Below are positions 36,268-46,500 of a stretch of 64,000 nucleotides of DNA, in pieces. Position numbers and translations under genes: made by a program. Source of the DNA: Candidatus Thorarchaeota archaeon (GTDB lineage: Archaea > Asgardarchaeota > Thorarchaeia > Thorarchaeales > Thorarchaeaceae). Location of the stretch: positions 1-64,000 of the forward strand of contig JAEOTX010000044.1 of NCBI GenBank assembly GCA_016839605.1. The letters are read 5' to 3'. The notes below the pieces were generated by a model. That model was not told where the DNA came from and did no database searches. It saw only the letters and a program-made list of their open reading frames with translations. Within the stretch, counting starts at the first letter, position 1. Each line of letters begins with the position of its first letter.

Positions 36268-37392
36268 TCACCCCATATATTCAACTAGCCTGTCGATGTC
36301 TTCCTTGCTGTTATAGAAATGCGGCGAAACTCTGAGCCTCCCATTCCGTACTGAGCAGTGAATCCTCTTATCCTTAAGTTTCTTGTTTAGGTCTTCAACA
36401 TCCTCAGGCATGCACGAAACAATCGGTGATTTGTGATTGTCTTGGAATTCGTAGTATCCAATTTTCTTCTCCCGAAGGAGTCCCCGTAAATACTCTGCAT
36501 TTTCAAGGGCTGCGTCTTCTCTTGCCTTCGCCGTTAGCGAATTGAGCATCCGAAGAGATTCCAGCATGCCCACGTATGCAATCATCGCTGGGGATCCTAT
36601 CTGGAACTTTTTCGCGTCTTGAAATGGCTCTCTTTCAAAGTAGCTATACTCCTCGATGCCCTTGATTCCCCACCAGCCAAGATATTTCGGTTTCAATTCA
36701 TCAATGATTCTGTCGCTAGCATAGACATAGCCCGCTCCAATCGGACCAAGCATCCATTTTGCAGCCTGTCCCGCTGCGAAGTCTACCTCCTCTTTGACGA
36801 GATCTGTGTTCGCCCATCCTGCTGCTTGTATAATATCCGCTACGAGAAATCCTCCCACGCCATGTATGATTTTGGCAAGGGCTCTCAGATCTGATCTAAA
36901 TCCTGACTCGAATTGCACTTGGCTTATGGCTAATACCCTCGTATTCTCATCAACCTGTTCTTTGAAGGCCTCCGTTGGTGCAGCTCCATCTGTGGAGTTC
37001 ACAACTCTTAGTTCTACACCGTATAATCTACAAAGATGCTGCCATGGAACATAGTTGGCCGGGAACTCCAGATCGCAGAGTACAACATTTGACTCCTCCG
37101 GATATTCTATACTGTGAGCAAACGCGTTCAACCCTGAAGTAGTATTAGGCATGAATCCGTAATTGCCTCGTTTTCCGCCCAACAGCTTTGCAAGGTGTTC
37201 GCGGATCTCTTTCAAGTTTTCAAGAGTTTCTTCGAAATCTCCCTTAGCTGTGATTCTATTTTCTAAAAACGCATTCATTGCGTTCACACAGGTCATGGGT
37301 GGAATGCCTGTTGCTGCGTTATCTAGATAGGTCATCTCAGACAGTGTCGGAAACATCTCTTGGACAAAATCAGGATCAATTCCGTCGGGCAT
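36268..37392 (-). CDS. Class V PLP-dependent aminotransferase (cysteine desulfurase/Sec lyase-like fold)
   Basis: YLDNAATG, EFPAN, DIIQAAG, KWMLGPIGAG, LRVSPHFYN. Confidence 0.88.
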   Translation of the reverse strand: MPDGIDPDFVQEMFPTLSEMTYLDNAATGIPPMTCVNAMNAFLENRITAKGDFEETLENLKEIREHLAKLLGGKRGNYGFMPNTTSGLNAFAHSIEYPEESNVVLCDLEFPANYVPWQHLCRLYGVELRVVNSTDGAAPTEAFKEQVDENTRVLAISQVQFESGFRSDLRALAKIIHGVGGFLVADIIQAAGWANTDLVKEEVDFAAGQAAKWMLGPIGAGYVYASDRIIDELKPKYLGWWGIKGIEEYSYFEREPFQDAKKFQIGSPAMIAYVGMLESLRMLNSLTAKAREDAALENAEYLRGLLREKKIGYYEFQDNHKSPIVSCMPEDVEDLNKKLKDKRIHCSVRNGRLRVSPHFYNSKEDIDRLVEYMG

Positions 37393-37497
37393 GCCTTGAC
37401 ATCGAGTTCCAGTCTCAGATAAAGCTCACTCTCACTGCGAATACAATCCCCCCAAGATTTAAGACCGGTTTCACCTCCGTAAATCTTCGGAGAGCGG

Positions 37498-38397
37498 TTG
37501 TACTTGCTCAGGAGGCTGGCTTCTCGAATCAGAGGCAAAAAAAAGGAAGAGCCGAAGGCAGTGGACACTCCTGATGAGCCTCCAGCAATTCGTGAGGCCA
37601 TCGATGAGCCTCGCGAGGCAACGCCCCCCGAAGAGGTCGAGGTTGCTCCCGGAGAGCCTTTCACAGCACCCCGAGAAACGCCCCGAGTGGGCAAGCGTGA
37701 ACCACTGCCCACAGGAACCCTGGTTGCTAGTACAGCTACAACTGAACTCAGAATTGACGAAACATCGACCTCCAATATTGCCCGGGCCGCTCGAATCCGT
37801 CCTCAAGCAGTGTCAGAGATAGTTGCTGGAGAGGCATTGAAGCGTGATGAGGAAGGGCGCATACACATCAAAATCGTATTCTACGGCCCATCTCTGTCCG
37901 GAAAGACTACCGCACTCAGATGGCTCTTTGCCAATGTAAGGGCACTAGCTAAAGGTAAGATCGTGGAGATATCAGATGAGCTAGGCCGGACCACCTACTT
38001 TGACTTCATACCTGTTTCTGCAGGTGAAAAGGTGATTTTTGATGTGTTCACCGTAGCAGGACAGCGAAGACATGCCACACAGCGAATTAACGTACTGCGT
38101 GGTGTAGACGGCATGATATTCATGGCTGACTCAACACCCGAGCAGATGAATGAGAACTTGGCTTCAATCCAAGAGCTTCGTATCGCGCTAGGCACTGATA
38201 GAATGGCAACACTACCCATTGTGGTTTCTCTCAACAAACGAGACCTTCCTAATGCTCTCCCAGTAGATCGTATGATACAGATGCTTGATCTAGATGGCTA
38301 TCCAGTCTTTGCTACGGTTGCCACCGAAGGGAAGAACCTCCTCAGGATGTTCCAGCGAATCCTCAGAGACTCACTCGTCTACAAAGTTGGCGTTTAG
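37498..38397 (+). CDS. MglA-like small GTPase with N-terminal extension
   Basis: KIVFYGPSLSGKTT, GRTTYFDF, TVAGQ, VLRGVDG, NKRD. Confidence 0.88.
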   Translation: MYLLRRLASRIRGKKKEEPKAVDTPDEPPAIREAIDEPREATPPEEVEVAPGEPFTAPRETPRVGKREPLPTGTLVASTATTELRIDETSTSNIARAARIRPQAVSEIVAGEALKRDEEGRIHIKIVFYGPSLSGKTTALRWLFANVRALAKGKIVEISDELGRTTYFDFIPVSAGEKVIFDVFTVAGQRRHATQRINVLRGVDGMIFMADSTPEQMNENLASIQELRIALGTDRMATLPIVVSLNKRDLPNALPVDRMIQMLDLDGYPVFATVATEGKNLLRMFQRILRDSLVYKVGV

Positions 38398-38496
38398 TGA
38401 AACACTCTTCGACTTTCTTCTTGTATGCTAACCTGACCGAAAAGGTAATTTGGTGTGCAGCCCGAGCGAAGCTCTAGAGGCCTAGCTTCTATCCAA

Positions 38497-38572
38497 AGCC
38501 CCGTGGTGTAGCGGTCCAGCATCAGTGGTTCTGGCCCACTGGACCTAGGTTCGAGTCCTGGCGGGGCTACCA
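38497..38572 (+). tRNA. tRNA-Gln (anticodon CTG), intron-less, CCA encoded
   Basis: Acceptor AGCCCCG/CGGGGCT, anticodon arm CAGTGG-TTCTGGC-CCACTG (CTG at 38531-38533), T-loop GGTTCGAGTCC, 3' ACCA. Confidence 0.96.
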
Positions 38573-38743
38573 TCCTTTTATCCGGTTTCCGTACAGGAAA
38601 CTTCTTCTTCTGACAAAAGCGGAGTTTTGGTTTCGATTTTTGCTATATAAAACAAAAAGAAAGGGTTTTCGATTTTTCGAATAGAGCCCGCATTTTAGCG
38701 AAAACCTATAGATTTATAGGTCAAATAAACGTCTCAGAGAGTT

Positions 38744-38837
38744 GGAGACGCAAGGCCCGCGTTCACGCTTTGTGAGGTTCCTGTTGCTTCAGTCTGCGTC
38801 CCTCCCGGCGGAGATCAACAGGCTGCGGGTCTTCTCC
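38744..38837 (+). ncRNA. Candidate approximately 95-nt structured ncRNA (unknown family)
   Basis: TTTATA at 38713; helices GGAGA/TCTCC, AGGCCCGCG/TGCGGGTCT, TTCAC/GTGAG, CCTGTTG/CAACAGG, CTTC/GGAG with G-U pairs on plus; pyrimidine run follows. Confidence 0.55.
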
Positions 38838-38917
38838 ATTTTCTTCTGCTTCATGATGCCTTCTCATGACAAGCTTCTTATCAGCCTAGAGCCAGAATCT
38901 TCGTTGAGTGAGCGAAA

Positions 38918-39697
38918 ATGGAGCGCATTGATTTCGGCTGGGATGATTTCTGGGCTGAGGTTTTCAGAGTCAAATTTCGTGGGTCCATTCCAGGAATTCA
39001 GCAATACGATGAGATGGTTGTTGATTTCTGTTTAGGCGCTCTGAATCTGGGAAAGGGCAAGAAACTCCTTGACATTGCCTGTGGCGCCGGAGATCAGAGT
39101 ATACTGTTCGCAAAACGGGGCCTACATGTTTATGGATTTGATCTTTCTACAAGGCTGATTGAGGTGGCAAAAGCAAAATTAACCGAAGCCAAACTTGAGA
39201 TTGACTTCTCAACGGGTGACATGAGGGAGATTGATTTTGCGAGTCAGTTTGATGCTGCTGTTCTCCTCAGTCATAGTTTTGGGTTCTTCAATCATGATGA
39301 GAATAAACGTGTTCTGGATGGGTCATTTAATGCACTAGTTGAGGGCGGACGATTACTCCTAGATCTGATGAATCCCTACAACCTTCCACGATTTCAGAAG
39401 ACATGGACCAAGCTGGAGGGCGGCTTCCTATTGAGTGAGCCGCATGTTCTCGATGCACCAGCCGGAGTGTTGAGAGGACGTCCTGCAACCTTCATCGATG
39501 TGGCCAATAATCGCATGATTGAGATGAATGAGGATGCACTTGCTGGTAATGACATCAGGATGTACACTGCTCTTGAGATTCGAGAGATGCTATCACAGGT
39601 GGGCTTCTCTAAGACAGAGCTCTATGGACAGAATAAACTCCCAAAGATGCCATACGCAGCAAACTCTGAGCGCATGGTTGTAGTAGCCACCAAATAG
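38918..39697 (+). CDS. Class I SAM-dependent methyltransferase
   Basis: LLDIACGAG, GFDLS, GDMREI, SFGFF. Confidence 0.92.
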   Translation: MERIDFGWDDFWAEVFRVKFRGSIPGIQQYDEMVVDFCLGALNLGKGKKLLDIACGAGDQSILFAKRGLHVYGFDLSTRLIEVAKAKLTEAKLEIDFSTGDMREIDFASQFDAAVLLSHSFGFFNHDENKRVLDGSFNALVEGGRLLLDLMNPYNLPRFQKTWTKLEGGFLLSEPHVLDAPAGVLRGRPATFIDVANNRMIEMNEDALAGNDIRMYTALEIREMLSQVGFSKTELYGQNKLPKMPYAANSERMVVVATK

Positions 39698-39822
39698 AGT
39701 CCCATGACGATAATCTTTTAAGAATCCGTAAGGCTCTCCGCGCTAGCCACCGAGGCCATCGGTGACCCCGACCTAGTTCTTTGAGAACTACACCTTAGGA
39801 GTTGGGGTCAGATAATTAGAGA

Positions 39823-42045
39823 GTGAGAAAAGTGGTCAAGGTAAAGGACCCAACTGAAATCAAGAAACTGATCATGTCCGATGATTATGAGCACAAGCGC
39901 ATCATCAGTATCAGCGCGCACATAGATCACGGCAAGACAACTACCACCGACTACCTGTTGAGACGTGCAGGACTTATGAGCGATGCTGCAGCTGGTCAGG
40001 CTCTGATGACTGACAGTGATGATGAGGAACAGGAGCGAGGTATTACTATCTTCACCTCAGTTGTTATGCTCAACTTCGAGGTAGATGGTGAAGAGTACCT
40101 AGTTCAGCTATCAGACACTCCTGGACACCTTTCGTTCACAGGGGAAGTATCACGCGCATTGAGAGCTAGCGATGGTGCAGTTATTCTCGTTGATGCACTC
40201 GAAGGAGTCATGACGCAGACTGAGACCAATATCAGACTAGCAGTGGGTGGTGAAGCCTGCAAACCAGTCCTCTTCATCAATAAGGTTGACCGTCTCATCA
40301 ACGAGCTAAAGCTCCCACCTAAGAAGGTCTACGAGCGGATTGACATCATTGTCGCAAAGGTCAACGCACTGATCAAGAAAGTAGCTCCAAAGGAATATGC
40401 GAAAGAATGGAGAGTGGCTTTTGAAGATGGGAGTGTTGCTATTGGCAGTGCAAAGACCGGCTGGGCTTTTACTATGAAGACCCTAAAGAAGAAGGAAATT
40501 CAGCCCATCGTTGTATTTGAGAAGTATAACGAAGGTGACGAGGTCTGGCTCAGGGAAAATCTGCCATTGGATGATGCTCTATTAGAGATGATCGTACATC
40601 ATCTCCCGAACCCCAAGGATGCCCAGAAGTATAAGATTCCTCGAATCTGGAAGGGTGACCTTGATACTCCAGAAGGCAAGTCACTATTAGCTTGTGACCG
40701 CGATGGCCCGCTGCTTGGGATGATCACTAAGATATTCGTTGATCCAAAGAGCAAGAGACCTACACTGATTGGGAGAGTATTCTCAGGGACAGTGAAGTCT
40801 GGGCAGTCAATTCGTCTGGTCAACATGAAGCAGAATGTTACCGTCAAGCGACTCGGTGTCCAGGAGATTACCGACCTTCTCCCCATGGATGAGGTCCCTG
40901 CAGGCAACCTGTTCTCAGTGTTTGGTTTCATGTGTCCTTCAGGTGAGTCCTTTGTTCAAGTAGACTCAGGAATGCCTGGCTTCGAAGCTATTGAATATGT
41001 CAGTGAGCCTGTCGTAAGCAGAAGCATCAAGCCTGTCGACCCCCAGGATATAGCAAAGCTGGGAGAAGTTGTGTCAAAATGGATTATGGCGGACCCAACT
41101 GCCAGATTCACTCACGACAAAGAATCCGGAGAGTACCGGCTTGATGGAATTGACCCTCTTCAGATTGAGATTCTGACAAAACGCATCCACGAACAGGTGA
41201 AGATCATTATCTCGGAGCCTATCATTGTCTATCGTGAGAAAATCACTGAACGCGGCTCGGAGTTCCACACAAAGTCTCCAAACGGTCACAATCGGATAAG
41301 ACTATACATGGAGCCTTTGGATGAGAAGGCTGTTGAGCTCATCAAGAAACAGAGGATCAAAAAGGACCAGAATGCACGTGAGCGTGCAGCAATCCTTCGT
41401 GATGAGGCAGGATGGGATGCAAAAGAAGCACGTAAGATTCTAGATATCTACGAGTCAAGCATGCTTGTTGATGCCATGAGTGGAGTTCAGAGATTCGATA
41501 GGATCTACTCATACCTCGAAACAACTTTCCGTGAGTTCATTGATCAGGGACCGATTGCAAAAGAGCCTATTATGGGAGTGAAAGTTATCCTGACAGATGC
41601 CACTGTGCACAACGATCCTGCACACACTGGATACAACGAGGTTGCGACAATGACTAGTTCTGGTCTCAACATGAGCTTCCTAACAGGCGCGGCAGGTCTG
41701 TACGAGCCAATTCTGAATGCTGACATCAAGACTCCAACTGATACACAGGGTGGCATCATCAAGGTCCTCACAGGCCATCGAGGTCAGATTGTCACTATTG
41801 AAGCTGAAGAAGATACAGTTACGATCAGAGGAACATTACCAACAGCAGAAACAATTGGCATAGCTGATGAGTTTCGCAGTGCTGCCGCTGGCAGAAGCTT
41901 CTTTGGTTATGAGTTTCGAGGATTTGAGCCAGTTCCTGGAAGTATGCAAGAAGAGAAGATCCTAGAGATTCGAGCAAGGAAAGGAATGCCAGAGGAGATG
42001 CCATCCACGAGTTCTTGGAGTCGCTGGGTGTACAAACGGACTTAA
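39823..42045 (+). CDS. fusA: Translation elongation factor 2 family GTPase, probably the Asgard aEF-2 paralog
   Basis: AHIDHGKTT, ERGITI, DTPGH, NKVD, KSPNGHN; diphthamide loop reads HNDPAHTG; not in an rps7/EF-1A operon. Confidence 0.88.
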   Translation: MRKVVKVKDPTEIKKLIMSDDYEHKRIISISAHIDHGKTTTTDYLLRRAGLMSDAAAGQALMTDSDDEEQERGITIFTSVVMLNFEVDGEEYLVQLSDTPGHLSFTGEVSRALRASDGAVILVDALEGVMTQTETNIRLAVGGEACKPVLFINKVDRLINELKLPPKKVYERIDIIVAKVNALIKKVAPKEYAKEWRVAFEDGSVAIGSAKTGWAFTMKTLKKKEIQPIVVFEKYNEGDEVWLRENLPLDDALLEMIVHHLPNPKDAQKYKIPRIWKGDLDTPEGKSLLACDRDGPLLGMITKIFVDPKSKRPTLIGRVFSGTVKSGQSIRLVNMKQNVTVKRLGVQEITDLLPMDEVPAGNLFSVFGFMCPSGESFVQVDSGMPGFEAIEYVSEPVVSRSIKPVDPQDIAKLGEVVSKWIMADPTARFTHDKESGEYRLDGIDPLQIEILTKRIHEQVKIIISEPIIVYREKITERGSEFHTKSPNGHNRIRLYMEPLDEKAVELIKKQRIKKDQNARERAAILRDEAGWDAKEARKILDIYESSMLVDAMSGVQRFDRIYSYLETTFREFIDQGPIAKEPIMGVKVILTDATVHNDPAHTGYNEVATMTSSGLNMSFLTGAAGLYEPILNADIKTPTDTQGGIIKVLTGHRGQIVTIEAEEDTVTIRGTLPTAETIGIADEFRSAAAGRSFFGYEFRGFEPVPGSMQEEKILEIRARKGMPEEMPSTSSWSRWVYKRT

Positions 42046-42155
42046 CTCAGAATCAATTGAGTGACGATCAGCTGGTCGTCGCTCAAGAACCCCCTTTTTC
42101 GCAGTCTGACAATTTCGATGGATATTTGTCCTGCTATGTGGCATGGCTACTTACA

Positions 42156-43487
42156 ATGAACGAGGAAATTGTTGAAGAGCTAGAAACTCTGCTTTCATTT
42201 CAGACGATAAGTGATCCGCTGGATAAGGGAGCAAATCTGGGCTGTGCCCAGTACATTGGTAATCGGCTAGAAGAAGCTGGATTCCTCTCAGAGATTCTGG
42301 AGTTCGAAGGATATCACACAGTTTTTGGTCGCTATGGTCAAGGTGAGTTCAAAATCCTATTTCTTGCCCACTTTGATGTAGTACCAGTAGGAGAAGGATG
42401 GGAGTCGGACCCCTTCAAGCTTCGTGTTGATGGTGACGTTGCCTATGGCCGAGGCTCTTCTGACAATAAGGGAAACATTGTTTCTCTCCTTCTTCTAGCA
42501 GACAGACTGAAGGAGAGTGCGTATCCGTGCACAGTAATGATTGCGGCAAGTGGGGATGAGGAAATCGGCGGCCGAAATGGCGCCTTCAAGCTCAAGGAAC
42601 ATCTCATCAAGCAGGGCTTGTTTCCTGAGTATGCAGTCATTACTGATGGAGTTGATCAGCAGATTATTCACCGGCGACGCAACGTATTGCCAACATACAT
42701 CAAGGCAAAGAAATCCATGGCAAAGCTACGAGGGAGATCTGAAACGATACGCTTCGAGACCGATGTGTTCGGTTCATCCTCACGACATTCTGCATACATG
42801 CGGCCTAGTGTGGATCGCCACGCGATGCTTGCTGCATCAAAGTATCTTGATGTGAATCCATACACAGTCGTGAAGGATGTAAGAGGATCCTTCCTGAAAT
42901 CAAATGTGGTACCTGGATGGATAGAGGTTGACCTCCTCCATCCGGATGACTCGCAACCAGAGTCTGACTATGATGAGGCATTGACTGGTCTCATGAGGTC
43001 ACTTCTTCCTGTTTCTCAAGCGGCTTTTCCGACAGAACACTCTGACCGTGGAAAAATCATCTCCCCAAATCTGCTCTCCCTTGAGAGTGATCTCTGGACC
43101 TTGTACTGTGATATTCGTGCTATGACAAATGATGGAGAGGCTGTGGAAAAGGCGATTAATAGAGCATTGGAGGGGCGAGTTGACCTGTTCTCACTGCGTG
43201 TGAGTCCTGGTGTTGGGTATGTCGACACAGACCCTAATTCTCGTTTGATAAGAGCAGCACGTTGGGCACTTGAGAAGGAGGGAATCCCGCACCGAGTGAT
43301 AGAGGGATATGGGGCCTCCGACTCTCGCTTCTTTGCTGGTGAGGGGTGTGAACTGTTTGACTTCGGTCCTCGAGGAGGAAACACTCACGGGCCCAATGAA
43401 TGGGTATCACTATCATCGATAAAGGAGAATGCACAGTTCTACCACACGCTGATTGATGTGCTCCTGCGGAAACCCGGTGGAATGTGA
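42156..43487 (+). CDS. M20/ArgE/DapE family metallopeptidase
   Basis: AHFDVVP, YGRGSSDNKG, DEEIGG, GASDSRFF, HGPNE; start set at ATG 42156. Confidence 0.9.
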   Translation: MNEEIVEELETLLSFQTISDPLDKGANLGCAQYIGNRLEEAGFLSEILEFEGYHTVFGRYGQGEFKILFLAHFDVVPVGEGWESDPFKLRVDGDVAYGRGSSDNKGNIVSLLLLADRLKESAYPCTVMIAASGDEEIGGRNGAFKLKEHLIKQGLFPEYAVITDGVDQQIIHRRRNVLPTYIKAKKSMAKLRGRSETIRFETDVFGSSSRHSAYMRPSVDRHAMLAASKYLDVNPYTVVKDVRGSFLKSNVVPGWIEVDLLHPDDSQPESDYDEALTGLMRSLLPVSQAAFPTEHSDRGKIISPNLLSLESDLWTLYCDIRAMTNDGEAVEKAINRALEGRVDLFSLRVSPGVGYVDTDPNSRLIRAARWALEKEGIPHRVIEGYGASDSRFFAGEGCELFDFGPRGGNTHGPNEWVSLSSIKENAQFYHTLIDVLLRKPGGM

Positions 43488-43504
43488 CTCCTATATTGGA
43501 GTCA
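43485..43504. terminator. Inverted repeat between convergent genes
   Basis: TGACTCC-TATATT-GGAGTCA between the M20 and ileS stop codons. Confidence 0.45.
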
Positions 43505-43520
43505 TTTCCTCATCTTGGTG

Positions 43521-46500
43521 TTACGATTCACTTAGAGATATCACTACAACGAGTTTTTCTTCACCAAAGGTATATTCTTCCTTGAAATCTCCTGTGGGCT
43601 TCTTTGTTTGCTTCAAGCTGACTGCCAACGTTTCTTCTGTGATGTATGCTTGATGAAACTCAACAGCCTCAGCTACTCGCCTGCTTGAGGAATATTGAAC
43701 TTCTATCCTGTCGCTAACGTTTAGATCGGCTGACTTACGTACATCTTGAACTCTTCTAACGAATTCACGTGCTAATCCTTCTAGCCTAAGCTCATGTGTT
43801 ATTTCAGTGGTCAAGGCAGCCAGATACCCTCCCTCTGAAGCTGTCGAAAAGCCCTCCTTGGCTTCAACAATCACCTCGACTTCATCAGGCAGTATATCGA
43901 ACTTCTCACCGTTCACCTTTACTTCTACAGATTTGCCATCCTGAAGTTGAGTTGAAGCTTCACGTGGATCTAGACTCAGTATCGCGTTTCTAAGTACAGG
44001 GAACTTGGCACCGTATTTTTGACCGAGTTGCTTAGGCAGTGGTTTGAGCTGATAGCTTACTACTTCTGCAGCAACATCCAGTAGTCGTACATTCTTAACA
44101 TTCAATTCGTCGCCAATCAACTCTGCATAGCGGTCCACAACATCTCGTTCTTTGTCTAATCCAACAGCAAATGCGATTTCAGATAGTGGTTGACGGAGCT
44201 TACGATTTGCTTTATTTCTAGCCGCATGACCCAGCGATACTAGTCGGAGCACTATGGCCATCTCATTATTTAGCCTCTCGTCTATTGAATCACTCACAGG
44301 CCAATCACAATGATGAATGCTCTCAGGTGCTCCTGAATCGACATTTCGGGTTAGATTCTGGTGCATCACTTCCGATACAAATGGAACAAATGGTGCAAGC
44401 AATCTAGAGAGATTTACCAAGACTCGATATGATGTGTCATAGGCTGCATTCTTATCGGCATCAACTTCGTCACTAGCACCAGCTTCAGCCCAAAAGCGGC
44501 GACGACTTCGCCGCAGATACCAATTGCTGAGGTGATCTATGAAGCGTGCTATCGAAGCAGTTGCCATATTCGGCTCATACGATTCCAAATAGTCTGTGAC
44601 TTCACGATTGACTTCATTCATCCTTGAGAGTATCCAACTGTCTAACAGGCTTTGAGAGAGTTTCACATTATCTCTAGGAACCCATCCATCAATGAGAGCA
44701 TATGTGACAAAGAATGAATAGACATTCCAGAGTGGAATGAGGAAATGCCGCCGTGCCTCGTCACCGAGAGAGTACCCAAAGGCAAGGTCCTTCTCAGGTC
44801 TGTGAGTACAAAAGACCCAACGCATTACATCTACCCCCATTAAGTCAGCGGCTTCGTTAAATTCAACCATATTGCCCCACGATTTGTGCATCTCTCTTCC
44901 ATCCTCACCAGTCAACATGGCATAGGTGAAGACATTTCTAAATGGTGCTCTTCGTTCAAGGATTGTGCTCATTGCTAGCAGGCTATAGAACCAGTTTCTA
45001 AACTGTCCTGGAAAGCTCTCGCTGATTAGTTCTGCAGGAAACCACTTGTTCCAATACTCTCTATCAGAGTTGTACCTCATTGTACTCAATGAAACTATCC
45101 CAGCATCTAGCCAAGGATTTCCGACATCTGGTATTCGCTTCATTCTCTGGCCGCATTCACTGCACTCAATCTCAATCTCATCAATAAACGGTCGATGAGG
45201 TGAATGACCTTCGAACACATCCCATCCAGTAAGAGCACGATTTTGCAGTTCCTCTCTGCCACCAATCACATCAAAATGCCCGCAGTTGGAACACTCCCAT
45301 ATGGGTAATGCAAGTCCCCAATATCGTTTCTTGGAAATCATCCAGTCATCCATATTTCGTAGCCAATCTAGCTCCCTCTCTTTTCCGAAGGACGGGTACC
45401 AGTTGGTTTCGTTAGTAACAACTTCCATGATTTGGTAACGTAGATTGCTTTCTTTTTGATCACCTGTGACCTCTTCATAGGGAATATCGAGTTTGGTTCC
45501 CATTGAGATGAACCACTCATCAACCAGGCGAAAGACCAATTCCTCTTGGCAACGCCAGCATACAGGATATCTGTGAGTGTAGTCCTCTACCTTGTAAGTC
45601 AATTCTTTCTTGGTCAGATTATCAAAGATTGGTTGAGCGACCGCACTCACATTCATGCCTGACAACCAATCGAATCCGTCAATGAAGATGCCATTCTCAG
45701 TAAGCGGCGCGATCGCAACAAGATCAAGTTCTTTGGAGAGCTGGAAGTCTTCTGCTCCGCATCCAGGCGCAATATGTACAATTCCAGTACCTTCCACTTC
45801 TCCTACTTCATCCCACAGTATCACCTTGTGCTTCCCAGCTACTCCACTCTCTTTCTGAGCTGGGAGTTCGTCAAAGGGACCATGATAGACCCATCCCTCC
45901 ATATCAAAGCCAACTATCTCTTCCACTACTTCGTAATCACCTTTCAGCATGTGTAGAGTTCCACGACTCAAGTAGAATGATTCTTCACCTTGACGCACTT
46001 TGACATAGGCCAGTTCTGGGCCGACTGCTGCAGCAACATTGCTGCTTAGAGTCCAGGGCGTTGTTGTCCATACAAGAAGACTCTCTCCAGGACGATCGAC
46101 AAGTGGAAATCTCAACGTGATGCTTGGATGGGTTAGCTCCCGGTAGCCCTCAGTAACTATCTCATGTTGACTGATGGCTGTTCCACAACGAGCACACCAC
46201 GGCATAACATCTCGACCTTTGTTTACCCACCCTCTATCATGACATGACTTCAGCATAGACCAGATAGTATAGTTATTCTCATCAGAAAATGTGAAGTATG
46301 ATCCGCCGACCTCTGGTGTACCTAGTCTACCAACGAGCTGCTCAGCAGATCCTGTAACTGGGCCATCTACACCATCGATTGTCATTATTGCTAAAGGGTC
46401 ATTGCCCAGAGCATCGTGCAATTTCTGAAGATTCTCTAAATTATCCCATTCCATCCAGTAACCCAGGCGTATACTCTGCTTTGTCTGAACTGCAGCATAT

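Noticed and set aside
36268-37392. Dedicated selenocysteine lyase supplying SelD
   Set aside because: The fold is compatible, but no clear persulfide-forming Cys loop motif is visible and the gene is 12 kb from selD.
38575-38740. Replication origin or integrated element next to tRNA-Gln
   Set aside because: GTTTCC-N5-GGAAAC only loosely resembles an ORB; there is no Cdc6/Orc1 or integrase gene, and I saw no duplicate of the tRNA 3' end in the window.
38742-39035. 97-aa ORF overlapping the sRNA candidate and the methyltransferase
   Set aside because: It overlaps the methyltransferase out of frame by more than 100 nt, starts with TTG and has no motif.
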